From the NCBI GenBank assembly GCA_035193785.1, contig CP136572.1, positions 224,001 through 288,000 of the forward strand: 64,000 nt of DNA, given 5' to 3'. Below, piece by piece: positions 32,087-42,755 of the stretch. Below the pieces are notes generated by a model. The model worked only from the letters and a program-made list of their open reading frames with translations. It did no database searches and was not told the DNA's origin. Origin of the DNA: Planktothrix sp. GU0601_MAG3 (GTDB lineage: Bacteria > Cyanobacteriota > Cyanobacteriia > Cyanobacteriales > Microcoleaceae). Position numbers and translations under genes: made by a program. Position 1 is the stretch's first letter; each line of letters begins with the position of its first letter.

Positions 32087-34067
32087 TTATACTTCTTTAC
32101 AATACCAATCAGAACAATAATTAAACAGAGATCGATTCATTTGAATTTTACCTTGCCATCCTGCATTTCTTACCTTAGTTTCATCTGATGATGAACGCAC
32201 TATAATTTCTGTTATATCTTCCAAGGGTATACCATCCTGGATCAAAACTTCAGCTTGAATGCAGGTTGGGAGATTTTTGGGTTTACCATCTCGATTCTGT
32301 ATCCCTTTTTTATCTGTTACGCTTTCAGCAAAAAGGCTTTGCAATTTCCTAAACCCCTGCCCAATATGGCGACCTACATCAGTAGCTGCATTAAATTGGC
32401 AAAATTTAGTTCCTTCCTTCCAGAGATAATCTGGTTTAATGTGAAATATAATTACTGTTTCACCAGATTTATGCACTAGAGAATATAGCATCTGAAAATT
32501 ATAATAGGTTAAACTACAGTTAACATAGTTTTTATATTGAATTCCTTCAGGCGTTTGGCCATCAAAAGGCTCAGTTTCAATTTGATATTTATGAAGTTTA
32601 TCAAGAGATAGTATACCTCCATGCTCACAAATATTTTTTAGATTTTTAAGTCGGGTTAAATGTACTATCCGTTCAATCTGACGTTCTACTACAAATGCAC
32701 GAATCTGATCAGCATCGAAAGTATCTACTCTTTTTTCCACATTTTCAATTATAGGAAGCTTATCAGTTGTTATTTCCCATTTGAATAACTCTTGGTAAAG
32801 ATCATCAGAGATCTCAACGGGAGGAATATCAAGTAATATAGTCTTTTTGGCATCCTTTAGAAACGATAAAAATTTTATAAATTCTGATGAAATTTTAGGA
32901 CGAATATCAGTAACTATATTTTTTTGTTGCTTTTCAGATAAACTTGAAATTAATGGTTCTAAACTCAAAAATAATAATTTTACTTTCTCTGAGTCGGAAA
33001 GAAGTTCAAAAATCGTTGGGTACTTTTTAAGGTTTTCTGGAATTAAGCATAATAGCTCTGAATGATCAGTTTTAGAAGAATTATTTAATATTTCACCGAT
33101 TTCACTAATAAGTTGTTCTGGATTTGATGAATTACTGAGTTTAGAAACTAAAATTTTTATACGGTTTCTGGTTGGGGAGTAAAGACCAAATTCGATCATT
33201 AGATATAATATCTTCTGGAATAGTCTTCCAATGAAGATCGGTGTCAGGGAGATTTTGTAAACGGTTTATTAGCTCATTCCATAAAATATCTGAGTTGTAA
33301 TTTTCATTGTTTTTGACTAAGCCAATTAATTTTTGAAGACTGATGTAATTAATTAATTCTTGACTAGCTATTAAGATATTGTCTGGAATCTCATCCGCAA
33401 AACTTCGTTGTGATAGAGTACATCCTCTGATTCCAGTAGAAGACTTAGTGAGAGTATTAAGTTTTTGCAAACAAAAATAAACCTTAAGTTGATCTGCATT
33501 AAAGCTGTTGAGGTAAAGTTTAAATACAGGATACCACAGTTTTACATCTTGACTAAGCGCACAAGCTTCAATAATCTCTGGATTAGTTTCTTGAGTTAGT
33601 AGAGTTAAATTAGTTGCATTATCCCTTAATTGATTATTTTTCAAATCTTTTTTTATATCGAAAACAACAGCAACGCCTTCTTTTAAATCTTCATTGGAAC
33701 ACGAAATTTGATTAATATGTACAAAAACTTCTGCCTTTCCTTTTGTCTGTTTTTCAAAAAAGGTTAACAAATCATCTCTTTGCAAAAGAGCACATCCAAA
33801 ACCCTTGTCTTTTTGATACCAATCAATTATACCTACCTCTCTCAATAAGTTTAAATTTTTGATTTTATTATCTTGAATTTCAAAGCGAATAAATCTTCCT
33901 CTTTTAAGTTCATATTCTGAACATTTAATTTCTTGATGGTGTAACTTCCATCGACGTTCATCTTCTAATGTAAGTATTCTGTAATCTAAATCCTGATCTG
34001 ATTTATCGAACCATTTAACTATACCTATTTCTACAAGCTTTGTCGTATCTGGGGCAATAGTATACAT
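32087..34067 (-). CDS. darT: Cold-shock-domain / DarT (DUF4433) DNA ADP-ribosyltransferase fusion (frameshift at GGGG 33174-33177; ~659 aa joined)
   Basis: N-terminus GIVKWFD, GIIDWYQKDKGFG..VFVHI (CSD/OB); C-terminus HLTRLKNL.NI...GILS, NAA, PTCIQAEVLI.D.IP. Confidence 0.82.
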
Positions 34068-34510
34068 ATTCAGCTATATTCCTCTATAAAAATTGGGGCT
34101 TTGACGAAAGCGTTTGAGTTAAAAAATTCACTGGGATCAGAATCGCCAAACAAAATTAGGCAAATTCTACAATAGACTTTATGTTGTTCATTGGCTAATT
34201 TAAGGGATTAAAGTTTATTCCGTAGGCTTTTAAATGCCAGTTTAGAATAAGTGAAAATTTTAAAACGATGAATGGGACGATTAAGGAAAAACCTTAATCC
34301 AGATCAATAGTTGCAACTTAGGGGGTATGGGAGAAATAACTGATGAGAGGACTATCAGTGATGTTTGGATTAAATTAATAGGTAGCGGAGAAATAGCAAC
34401 TGAGAGTAGTAGATGATGAATTTCAGCTATACGCCAGTGGTGTGACTACAGAATTGCTTGGTTGCCATAATCGGGACATCACATTGATCATCAGTCCGCT
34501 CATATATTAA

Positions 34511-34560
34511 AGGTTATAACTTGTCTATGATTTTGTCAATCAGTGGTATTACCGAACTTT
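34511..34560 (-). promoter_or_regulatory. Promoter upstream of the darT operon with conserved box (motif A)
   Basis: TTGACA-N17-TAACCT preceded by AAAGTTCGGTAATACCACTGA. Confidence 0.65.
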
Positions 34561-34656
34561 CGTTTCATATTGTTTTGAAGTTTCGGCTCAATTTACCCCC
34601 TCGTTAGTCGAGCTATTTCACTAAAATATGCTCTCTAAAACTCAGGGGTGATGCTG

Positions 34657-34842
34657 CTACCAGTCTGAATCTGATTCGTTTCCCTCCCACATCTCCCGTT
34701 CTGCATCTCTTTCTAGTGCTAGATCTGAGTTATTTTGTTCTCTGTAATCATCGTAACTATCCTGAGCATCTCGGTCGCTATCATATTCGTGGTCGTTGTT
34801 GTCGTAACCGTCCTCACCGGGGCCAAAATTATCGTAACGCAT
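34657..34842 (-). CDS. Small, very acidic hypothetical protein (~61 aa)
   Basis: GAGGT RBS; 22 D/E residues and no Lys; motif B upstream. Confidence 0.6.
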   Translation of the reverse strand: MRYDNFGPGEDGYDNNDHEYDSDRDAQDSYDDYREQNNSDLALERDAEREMWEGNESDSDW

Positions 34843-34876
34843 GGTCACCAATACCTCATAATCTTTTCTACAAAAC

Positions 34877-34905
34877 TATTGCCACCTGCGAACAAAATTA
34901 CGCAA
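34877..34905 (-). promoter_or_regulatory. TTGCGTAA-N16-CAATA motif, copy 3 (motif B)
   Basis: ttgaaaatTTGCGTAAttttgttcgcaggtggCAATAg. Confidence 0.6.
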
Positions 34906-35001
34906 ATTTTCAAAAAACTTTTTTAGAGTATTGGGGGCGAGTTTCAGTCGAGTTGCTGTAATTAGGAAAAATATTGTTGAACCCGCACTTATAAACTTCT
35001 T

Positions 35002-35418
35002 TTATTCATCAATAACTTTTCCCCGCATGGTCTTCAAATGTGAGTGCTTGGTTTTACTATCCAGACGCCTTCTCTGGGAACTCCGAGTCGGTTTACTCGG
35101 TTTACGGGGTTTGGGAAGGGAAATCGCACTTTTAATTAGGTCTTGAAGTCGTTGTAAAGCTTCTTCTCGGTTCTGTTCTTGGCTGCGATGTTTCTGTGCT
35201 TTAATAATAATTACCCCCTCTTTACTAATACGCTGATCATTTAATGTTAATAGTCGCTGTTTATACTGTTCAGGTAATGAGGAAGCCGAGATATCAAAAC
35301 GTAAATGAATCGCTGTTGCTACCTTATTTACATTTTGTCCTCCGGCTCCCTGAGAGCGAATTGCACTCATTTCAATTTCATGCTCTGGAAGGCTGAAAAT
35401 ATTAGAAATTTGTAACAT
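35002..35418 (-). CDS. arfB: Alternative ribosome rescue factor B
   Basis: GAGGQNVNKV, RSQEQNR, basic tail. Confidence 0.95.
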   Translation of the reverse strand: MLQISNIFSLPEHEIEMSAIRSQGAGGQNVNKVATAIHLRFDISASSLPEQYKQRLLTLNDQRISKEGVIIIKAQKHRSQEQNREEALQRLQDLIKSAISLPKPRKPSKPTRSSQRRRLDSKTKHSHLKTMRGKVIDE

Positions 35419-35452
35419 AATTGATTAATAATTTTAGGAAAAAATAGCAAAA

Positions 35453-36794
35453 TTAAACCCGGGAAGGAAGAATTGCTAAATCTGTTTTTGGATCGAATAA
35501 ATGAATTTTTTCTGGTGTGAGGGCTAACCAAATTTTTTCGCCCTGTACGAACTCGGTTTCGGCGGGAATTCTGACTTGTAAGGAGAAAGAAAGATTATTG
35601 TCTCCGAATAGATGTACCCATAATAATGTTTCATGTCCTAATGCTTCCATTCGATCAACAATTACGGGTAAATTTTTAGTGGCTGGACAACTAACAATTA
35701 AGTGTTCCGGTCTAATTCCTAAGATTAATTTTTCTTCCTTCTGGCGAGGTAAAACCGTTTGCCAAATATCGGGTAAAGTTAAACGGAATTGAGCATGGGT
35801 AATTAATAAAGGAGCGATAAATTGAATCGGAATAAAATTCATGGGGGGAGAGCCAATAAACTCCGCTACAAAGCGATTATTAGGACGATTATAAAGTTCT
35901 AAAGGCGGAGCAACTTGTTGAATTATGCCTTGATTCATTACCGCAATTCTTGACCCCATAGTCATCGCTTCGACTTGATCATGGGTGACATAAATTGTGG
36001 TTGTGCCTAATTTTTTTTGTAATTCTACAATTTGGGCGCGGGTTTCGGTTCTTAATTTTGCGTCTAAATTGGAGAGGGGTTCATCCATTAAGAAAACCTG
36101 GGGATTTCTAGCCATGGCTCGACCTAATGCGACACGCTGTTTTTGCCCGCCGGATAATTGTTTGGGATATCGATTTAATAAGGATTCAATTTGTAATAAT
36201 TTGGCAACGGTTAAGACTCTTTCGGCTACGGCTTTTTCTCGTTCTGAAAGATAGCGGAAGTTAGGAGGAAGCGATCGCGTTATTCTCACAATAGCATCTT
36301 CTAACCATAATGGAGCAAAGATTTGATAGTCTCCAATTGTCAGGGATAATTGTTGATTAGAACCTAAATTAGAGTCTTTTCTGGGAACAATTAAAGGCTG
36401 TTTAGGTTCTGTTTCTTGATAGGAACGTCGCAGCCCAAAGGCTAAGTTATCATAGACTTTTAAATGGGGATATAGGGCATAATTTTGAAACACCATGGCA
36501 ATATCTCGCGCCTTGGGAGGTAATTCATTAACTAATTTATCCCCAATATAAATATTACCGCCAGTAATGGTTTCTAAGCCCGCAATTAATCGCAATAGGG
36601 TACTTTTTCCACAACCGGAAGGCCCGACTAATACCATGAATTCCCCATCATAGATATCCAGATGTATCCGCTTTAAAATGGCTTGACGGCTGGGGGTTGA
36701 TTCTAGGAGTTTCCGATGAGTTTTTTTCCTCGGAGGCGGTTTGACGACGGGTGGGAAAACTTTTATAAATATTATCTAAAATAACTTCTGCCAT
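35453..36794 (-). CDS. Sugar/osmolyte ABC transporter ATP-binding protein, MalK/UgpC-like (frameshift ~36725)
   Basis: GPSGCGKST, LSGGQKQR, MDEPLSNLD, TOBE domain. Confidence 0.9.
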
Positions 36795-36844
36795 TTTAAT
36801 TTTACCTAATTTTCTTGATAGTATAGAATCGGGTTTTACTTTCT

Positions 36845-37020
36845 AGTTCCCCCCTTATTTAAGGGGGGTTAGGGGGGATCTAGGACTTGGGTTCAAATCA
36901 ATAAATTGACTATTTTAGTGTAGGGGATAAATGTTACCGCTATCGATATCAACTTCAGCCCAAAACCCCTAATTACAGCCGAGATTAGATCCCCCTAAAT
37001 CCCCCTTAACAAGGGGGACT
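36845..37020. repeat. MITE-like element bounded by inverted CCCCCTT-N-AAGGGGG-TTAGGGGG-ATCT repeats
   Basis: 36845-36882 and 36986-37020 are imperfect inverted copies. Confidence 0.7.
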
Positions 37021-37040
37021 TTAACTGTTAATTAAATACC

Positions 37041-39592
37041 CTAGGATTTGATCGAGATAATTTTTTCATCGGGTTTGAGTTTGAAAAGGCGATCGCCTGT
37101 ACTATCTTTTGTGGATAGATGAATTTGATCCGTGGGCACATGAATAATGCGATTTTCACTGGTTAATAGATGGATCTGTTGGCGGGGTTTAGCCGGGGCA
37201 ATTCCTACTAATATATCATTAGGAGATTTAAACTGGATCATGGAAATTCCGATTCCGCCTCGGTTACTTCCCCGAACTAATTCCATGGCAATTCGTTTCA
37301 TATAACCCTGTTCTGTAACTAATAATAAACTTCCTTTAGGTGATAGGGTAACACATCCAATTAAATGCTCTTTTTGTCGTAGGCGAGTGGCTTGGGAACC
37401 CTGGGCGACCTTACCCATAGGAGGTAGTTGTTCATCATTAATATCAAATCGTAAGAGTCGCCCCCCCGATGTGGCTAAGACAACTTTTTCATCGGGTTTA
37501 GCCAGGGTAGCAAAACATAATTCATCGTCATCTTTTAGTTTAATAATGGTACTCCCTCGGTTGGTTAATTCCGCTAATTCTATTAAGGGTAAACGTTTAA
37601 TTTTGCCCTGTTGAGTTAGGGTAATTAGATCGGTTTTATCGGGAAAAGCTGATAGGAGAAATTGAGCAATCATCAATTCTTGGGGATTAATTGATGTATC
37701 TTTATAAGCCGAAGGTGATAATAAAGTAATAATCGGTTTTCCCTTAGAACGATTGTTACCCACGGGAATATCAGCTACACTCAAGGGATAGGCTTTTCCC
37801 GTTTTCAACACCATTACTAGATTTTGACTGGTTTGAGTATTGTGGGTTTGGGTGATAAAATCATCGGTTTCCTCAACATTAATAGTGGTTTTATTTTCAG
37901 TTTGATTCCGTTTAGAATCTGCGGTTTTGGGAGATACTCGCCGAATATAACCGCGATGGGTAATTTCAATTACGGTTTCTTCATCCACCGGGGGTAAGGG
38001 TTGTAATACATCGGGAGGGGATGTGAGTTTCTAAGATCTTTTCTTTGGATGTTTTAGCGGTTTTATCGTCAGAGGTAATAGTAGTCTGACCCTGGGGATA
38101 AATAATTCGGGTGCGTCGTTGATCGCCATATTTTCGTTTCAGCGATCGCAATTCTTTTTTTAAGGATTTTAACAGTTCAGGACGTTCATCAAGTAACCGT
38201 CTTAATTGTTCAATATTATTGTTTAATTGGGTAAATTCTTCCTGTAATTTTTGCCTTTCCAACCCAGTTAACCTCCGCATCGGCATAGCTAAAATGGCAT
38301 CGGATTGAATATCACTAAACCCTAATTGATTTTCCAAGGTTATTTTTGCTGTGGAACCATCGGGGGCATTTCTGAGAATTTCAATCAAACGATCTAAATT
38401 TTCTAATGCCATTAATAACCCTTCAACTAAATGACAGCGCCGTTCGGTGGCTTCTAATTCATGGCGATATTGACGGGTTAAAGTCTGTTCCCTAAATGTC
38501 AGAAATTCTTGGAGAATTTGTTTTAAACTTAATTGTCTGGGTTGTCCATTTACGATCGCTAAAAAAATCGCCCCAAACTTGGTCATCAATTCCGTTTGCT
38601 GATAGAGATGATGTAACACCACTTCAGGAGAAAATTCCCGTTTTAATTCAATTACGACTCGAATTCCGTCGCGATCGCTTTCATCTCGGATATCAGAAAT
38701 TCCATCTAATTTTCCCGCATTAACTAACCCGGCAATTTTTTCAATCCAAGCCGCTTTATTCACCTGAAATGGGAGTTCTGTGACAATAATTGCATTTTTT
38801 GTCCGACGTTTTTGGGCGGTGGGAACTTCTTCCATTTTTGCCACTCCCCGCACCACAATACTGCCTTTTCCGTGATGATAAGCTTCCGCAATTCCTTCGG
38901 TGCTAATAATTTCTCCCCCGGTGGGAAAATCCGGCCCGGGAATCAATTCGATTAATTTTTGTTCAGATAATTCAGGTTGATCAATTAAGGCAATTAGTCC
39001 ATCGACGACTTCCCCTAAATTATGGGGCGGAATATTCGTCGCCATTCCCACCGCAATTCCCGAAGATCCATTTAACAATAAAAACGGCAGTTGGGCGGGT
39101 AAAACCGTGGGTTCCTGTTGAGAATTATCGAAATTACTAATAAAATTAACTGTAGCTTCCCCCACCTGGGAAAGTAACCCCTCATGGCCCACCGCCGCTA
39201 AACGGGTTTCGGTGTAACGCATCGCCGCCGGGGGGTCATTATCCACAGACCCAAAATTTCCATGACCTGCTAACAACGGATACCGACTAGAAAATTCCTG
39301 AACCAATCTGACTAAAGCATCATAAACCGATTGATCGCCGTGGGGGTGATATTTACCCAGAAACATCCCCAACTACCCGGGCACATTTGCGGTAGGGACG
39401 GTCGGGAGTTAACCCCAATTCGTGCATCGCATATAAAATCCGACGATGTACAGGTTTGAGTCCATCGCGAACATCGGGCAAAGCTCGGCCAACAATCACA
39501 CTCATGGCATATTCGAGGTACGATTGTTGCATCTCGGTGTGAAGCGATGTGGTGATCACTTGCCCAGAAAAGAGGTTTAACTGTTTAGCCAT
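37041..39592 (-). CDS. gyrA: DNA gyrase/topoisomerase IV subunit A paralogue (frameshifts ~39360, ~37990)
   Basis: [28 protein letters not shown], beta-pinwheel CTD; no canonical GyrA-box at the CTD start, so it may be ParC-like. Confidence 0.85.
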
Positions 39593-39807
39593 GAGTTTAT
39601 TTAAGTCTACAGCGATAGGGTTCTTACAGTTATCAGTCAACAGTAATCAATAATCAGTGTAAGAGTTATATAGACTTTTTGCCGTCAATATCTGTACTGA
39701 TAACTGATTACTGTATGGCGTGGTATGATGACTTTTCGGTACTGGAGAGTGAAAAATAGAAATATTAGGTGGTTCCATTTGAACAGTATATCGGTTGGGA
39801 GACTTAA

Positions 39808-40212
39808 ATGAAGACCGTTCTGATTGTAGAAGACGATCAGGTTAATGCTCGTGTTTTTTCAAAAATATTGACAAAACGGGGTGGATTAGCCGTTAAACAC
39901 ACGGAAAACGTGGAAGAAGTGCTCGACATTGCTCGCACTGGGGAGGCAGACTTGATTTTGATGGATGTTTCCCTAGCCCGCAGTGTCTATCAAGGGAAAC
40001 CAGTGGATGGAATTAAAATTACCCAACTCCTCAAAGCTGATCCCACAACCGCGAAACTGCCGATTATTTTAGTAACGGCCCATGCCATGGCTGGAGATCG
40101 GGAGGATTTTCTCAAGCAAAGTGGAGCCGATGATTACATCTCTAAACCCGTTATTGATCATCAAAATTTCGTGGATAAGATTAAATCCTTGCTATCACCC
40201 GACGAGGAGTAG
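39808..40212 (+). CDS. Single-domain response regulator (CheY/DivK-like)
   Basis: LIVEDD, LILMD, YISKP. Confidence 0.92.
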   Translation: MKTVLIVEDDQVNARVFSKILTKRGGLAVKHTENVEEVLDIARTGEADLILMDVSLARSVYQGKPVDGIKITQLLKADPTTAKLPIILVTAHAMAGDREDFLKQSGADDYISKPVIDHQNFVDKIKSLLSPDEE

Positions 40213-40300
40213 GCCGCAATAGGGGAACTGGAATCAATCTTTTTTTCCAGTACCTACTGCTTTGTACTCTTAAGAGGTAGGGATGATCCTAATCTTGATA

Positions 40301-41183
40301 CTAGGGACTAGGGGAGGGAGGTTGGGTATCTTTAACTTCAACTAGCACTTTTTGGATTTGAGGATTAGCTAGAAATTTTTGGGTATCATTGATTAGGCGA
40401 TCGCCCCAAAGATTTTCTTTCAGATAATCAAATTCGGCATAACGGCCATCAAGACGTAAAGCCGTTTCTCCTAAAGATAGGGCTTCTTGGGCTTCTCCTT
40501 TCGTGTACAGACCAACGGCTAAGGCTAATAGGGGTTCGGCGGCTTTGGGATCGATCTTAATCGCCTGTCTCCATTTGCTGATGGCGGTATCGATTTCTCC
40601 CTGTTCATACTTGACCAAGCCCACATTATTAATGGCTGGCCAAAGACTACTTTCTTGGGCAAAGGCTTTCTCGTATTGTAGAACTGCCTGATCTAACCGC
40701 CCCAACTTATAATAGGCATTGCCCAAATCAAATAACGCCCCCGGAAACCTTGGGGTCAATTTTCAAAGCAGCTTCTAGGAATTGAACGGATTTTTGATAG
40801 TCCCCTTTTTTGAAGTAGGCTTCTCCCAAAATAAACTGAATCCCCGGGTCTTTGGGTTCTAAGGTTTTGGCTTTTTGTAAAGACTCAATCCCTTTATCGA
40901 GTTCATCTAATTGCAGATATAAACTACCTAATAGGGCCCAAGCTTGATAACTGTCCGGTGCCAGTTGAGTTGCGAGTTCTGCCCGGGGTAAAGCTAATTG
41001 ATACTGTTGAAATCGCGTTAACTGAGCCGCTTCTTCGAGCAACCCGAATCCAGTTTGTTTAAGTTGTTCTGAGTCTAGGGGGGGAGTATAGGGAACCAGG
41101 GCTTGTCCCCTCGCTGATTGAGCGACATTGTTCCAGAAACTCAGGGTGAGGATCACGGACAGAATCAAAGTTCGATTTCGCAC
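40301..41183 (-). CDS. Exported TPR protein (frameshift ~40745)
   Basis: Signal peptide and TPR repeats across both ORF halves. Confidence 0.85.
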
Positions 41184-41254
41184 AGTAAGAGTTAACCTAA
41201 ATTTTTTAATATTTTGCGAGTTCTATTAATCATACACGAACTTGGGTCAGTGGG

Positions 41255-42664
41255 TTAAAGAAAGGGTAATAAAATCTCAAATTCCGTACCCATTCCCGGC
41301 TGCGATCGCAATTTTAATTGTCCCCCATGTTTGGCAGTGACAATATGATAACTCAGGGATAAACTGGTTTCTTTTTCCGTGCGTTTTAGATTGGAAAATG
41401 AATCTAGGATTTGTTGTTGTTCTTGGGGAGACAATCCCGGGCCATTATCGGCAATAGAAATTGAAACCCAACGTTCGGGAGTATTCAGGTTATTAACTGG
41501 AGATGAGTCTAAACTGATCATCGCCGTTGTAATCACAATTTGCGGAGTCTTGACCGACTCTAAATTTGGGGAAATACTATATTCATCGACCCAATCTTGT
41601 CTTACCAATTGATTGAGTAAAGCATCAAAACCATGGATCAAAATGTTGATAAATACTTGACTCAACTGTCCGACATAACAAGTGACTGGAGGTAAATGAC
41701 CGTAATTTTTCACTACGTTAATTTCTCGGTTAATCCGGCTTTTCATTAACAGTAAAATACTATCTAAATGACTGTGTAAATCTGCGGGTTTGGGATGAAT
41801 TTCATCAATATGACAAAAGTTTTGTAAACTGGTTGCTAATTTACTTAACCGTTCCGTACCACTTTTGATACTTGATATAATTCGAGGAAAATCTTGGCGG
41901 AGGAAGTCAAATTCTATTTCTTCCTTCAGGTCTTCAATGGCTGGCAATTTTTGGGGATAATGAGATTCATAGGCATCTAAAAGTTCAATCAAACTATCAC
42001 TATAGGTAATTAAATAGGTTAAATTGCCCCAAATAAATCCCACCGGATCTAAAATTTCATGGGCAACGCCATCTACTAATCTTCCTAAACTCGCCATTTT
42101 TTCACTTTGTAACAGTTGAACTTGAGTTCTTTCATAGCGAACTTGAGTTTCAATTCCTCGAATTTGCCAATAGGCAAGATTCAATTCATGGCTGTTTAAC
42201 AGACGATAGGAAACCATCCAAGGATAATCCTGAGAAGCCGGCCAATTTCCCTGTACCACAATCGGATCTATATATCCAGGGGCTGTTCGCCTCAAGGACT
42301 GTTGAGTTGCTGTGAGAATTGTGGTTTGTGCAGGTAATACTAATACCGGAGTTCTAACATAACTATAAAGCACATCTAGGGATTGATCTAAAAACAATTC
42401 TAACCCCTGGGGACGGAGAAAAAATTCTAGGAGATCTCGCCGAGAAATTATGCCTAAAAATTCAGAATTAGAGTTTTCTTTTTGGTCTACAATAACCACT
42501 CCCGGGAGTAAGGGATGTCTTTCAAACTGTTGTACAAGAGTGCGCACGCCGGAACTCAAAACCACTTGAAAATCGTATAGGGGTAAATCTTCTAGGGTGG
42601 AGTCTAAACTTAAATCTCCTCCGGTTTGACTTTCCCATAAATAGGGTACAGATAGGCTCGTCAA
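41255..42664 (-). CDS. Sensor histidine kinase-like protein (CBS-like N-terminus, degenerate G2 box)
   Basis: SEKMASLG..VAHEI, ADNGPG; KETSLSLS in place of GxGLGL. Confidence 0.82.
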   Translation of the reverse strand: MTSLSVPYLWESQTGGDLSLDSTLEDLPLYDFQVVLSSGVRTLVQQFERHPLLPGVVIVDQKENSNSEFLGIISRRDLLEFFLRPQGLELFLDQSLDVLYSYVRTPVLVLPAQTTILTATQQSLRRTAPGYIDPIVVQGNWPASQDYPWMVSYRLLNSHELNLAYWQIRGIETQVRYERTQVQLLQSEKMASLGRLVDGVAHEILDPVGFIWGNLTYLITYSDSLIELLDAYESHYPQKLPAIEDLKEEIEFDFLRQDFPRIISSIKSGTERLSKLATSLQNFCHIDEIHPKPADLHSHLDSILLLMKSRINREINVVKNYGHLPPVTCYVGQLSQVFINILIHGFDALLNQLVRQDWVDEYSISPNLESVKTPQIVITTAMISLDSSPVNNLNTPERWVSISIADNGPGLSPQEQQQILDSFSNLKRTEKETSLSLSYHIVTAKHGGQLKLRSQPGMGTEFEILLPFL

Positions 42665-42755
42665 GGTACTTTCTCGTAGAATTAATTACACAGCATCTTA
42701 TAGCCCAGACTAACATTAAGTGGTCAAAAATTCATCAAAAATTAGTTAATTTTAA

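Noticed and set aside
22740..35000. Prophage, integron or tRNA-anchored island
   Set aside because: No integrase, phage genes, tRNA or flanking direct repeats seen
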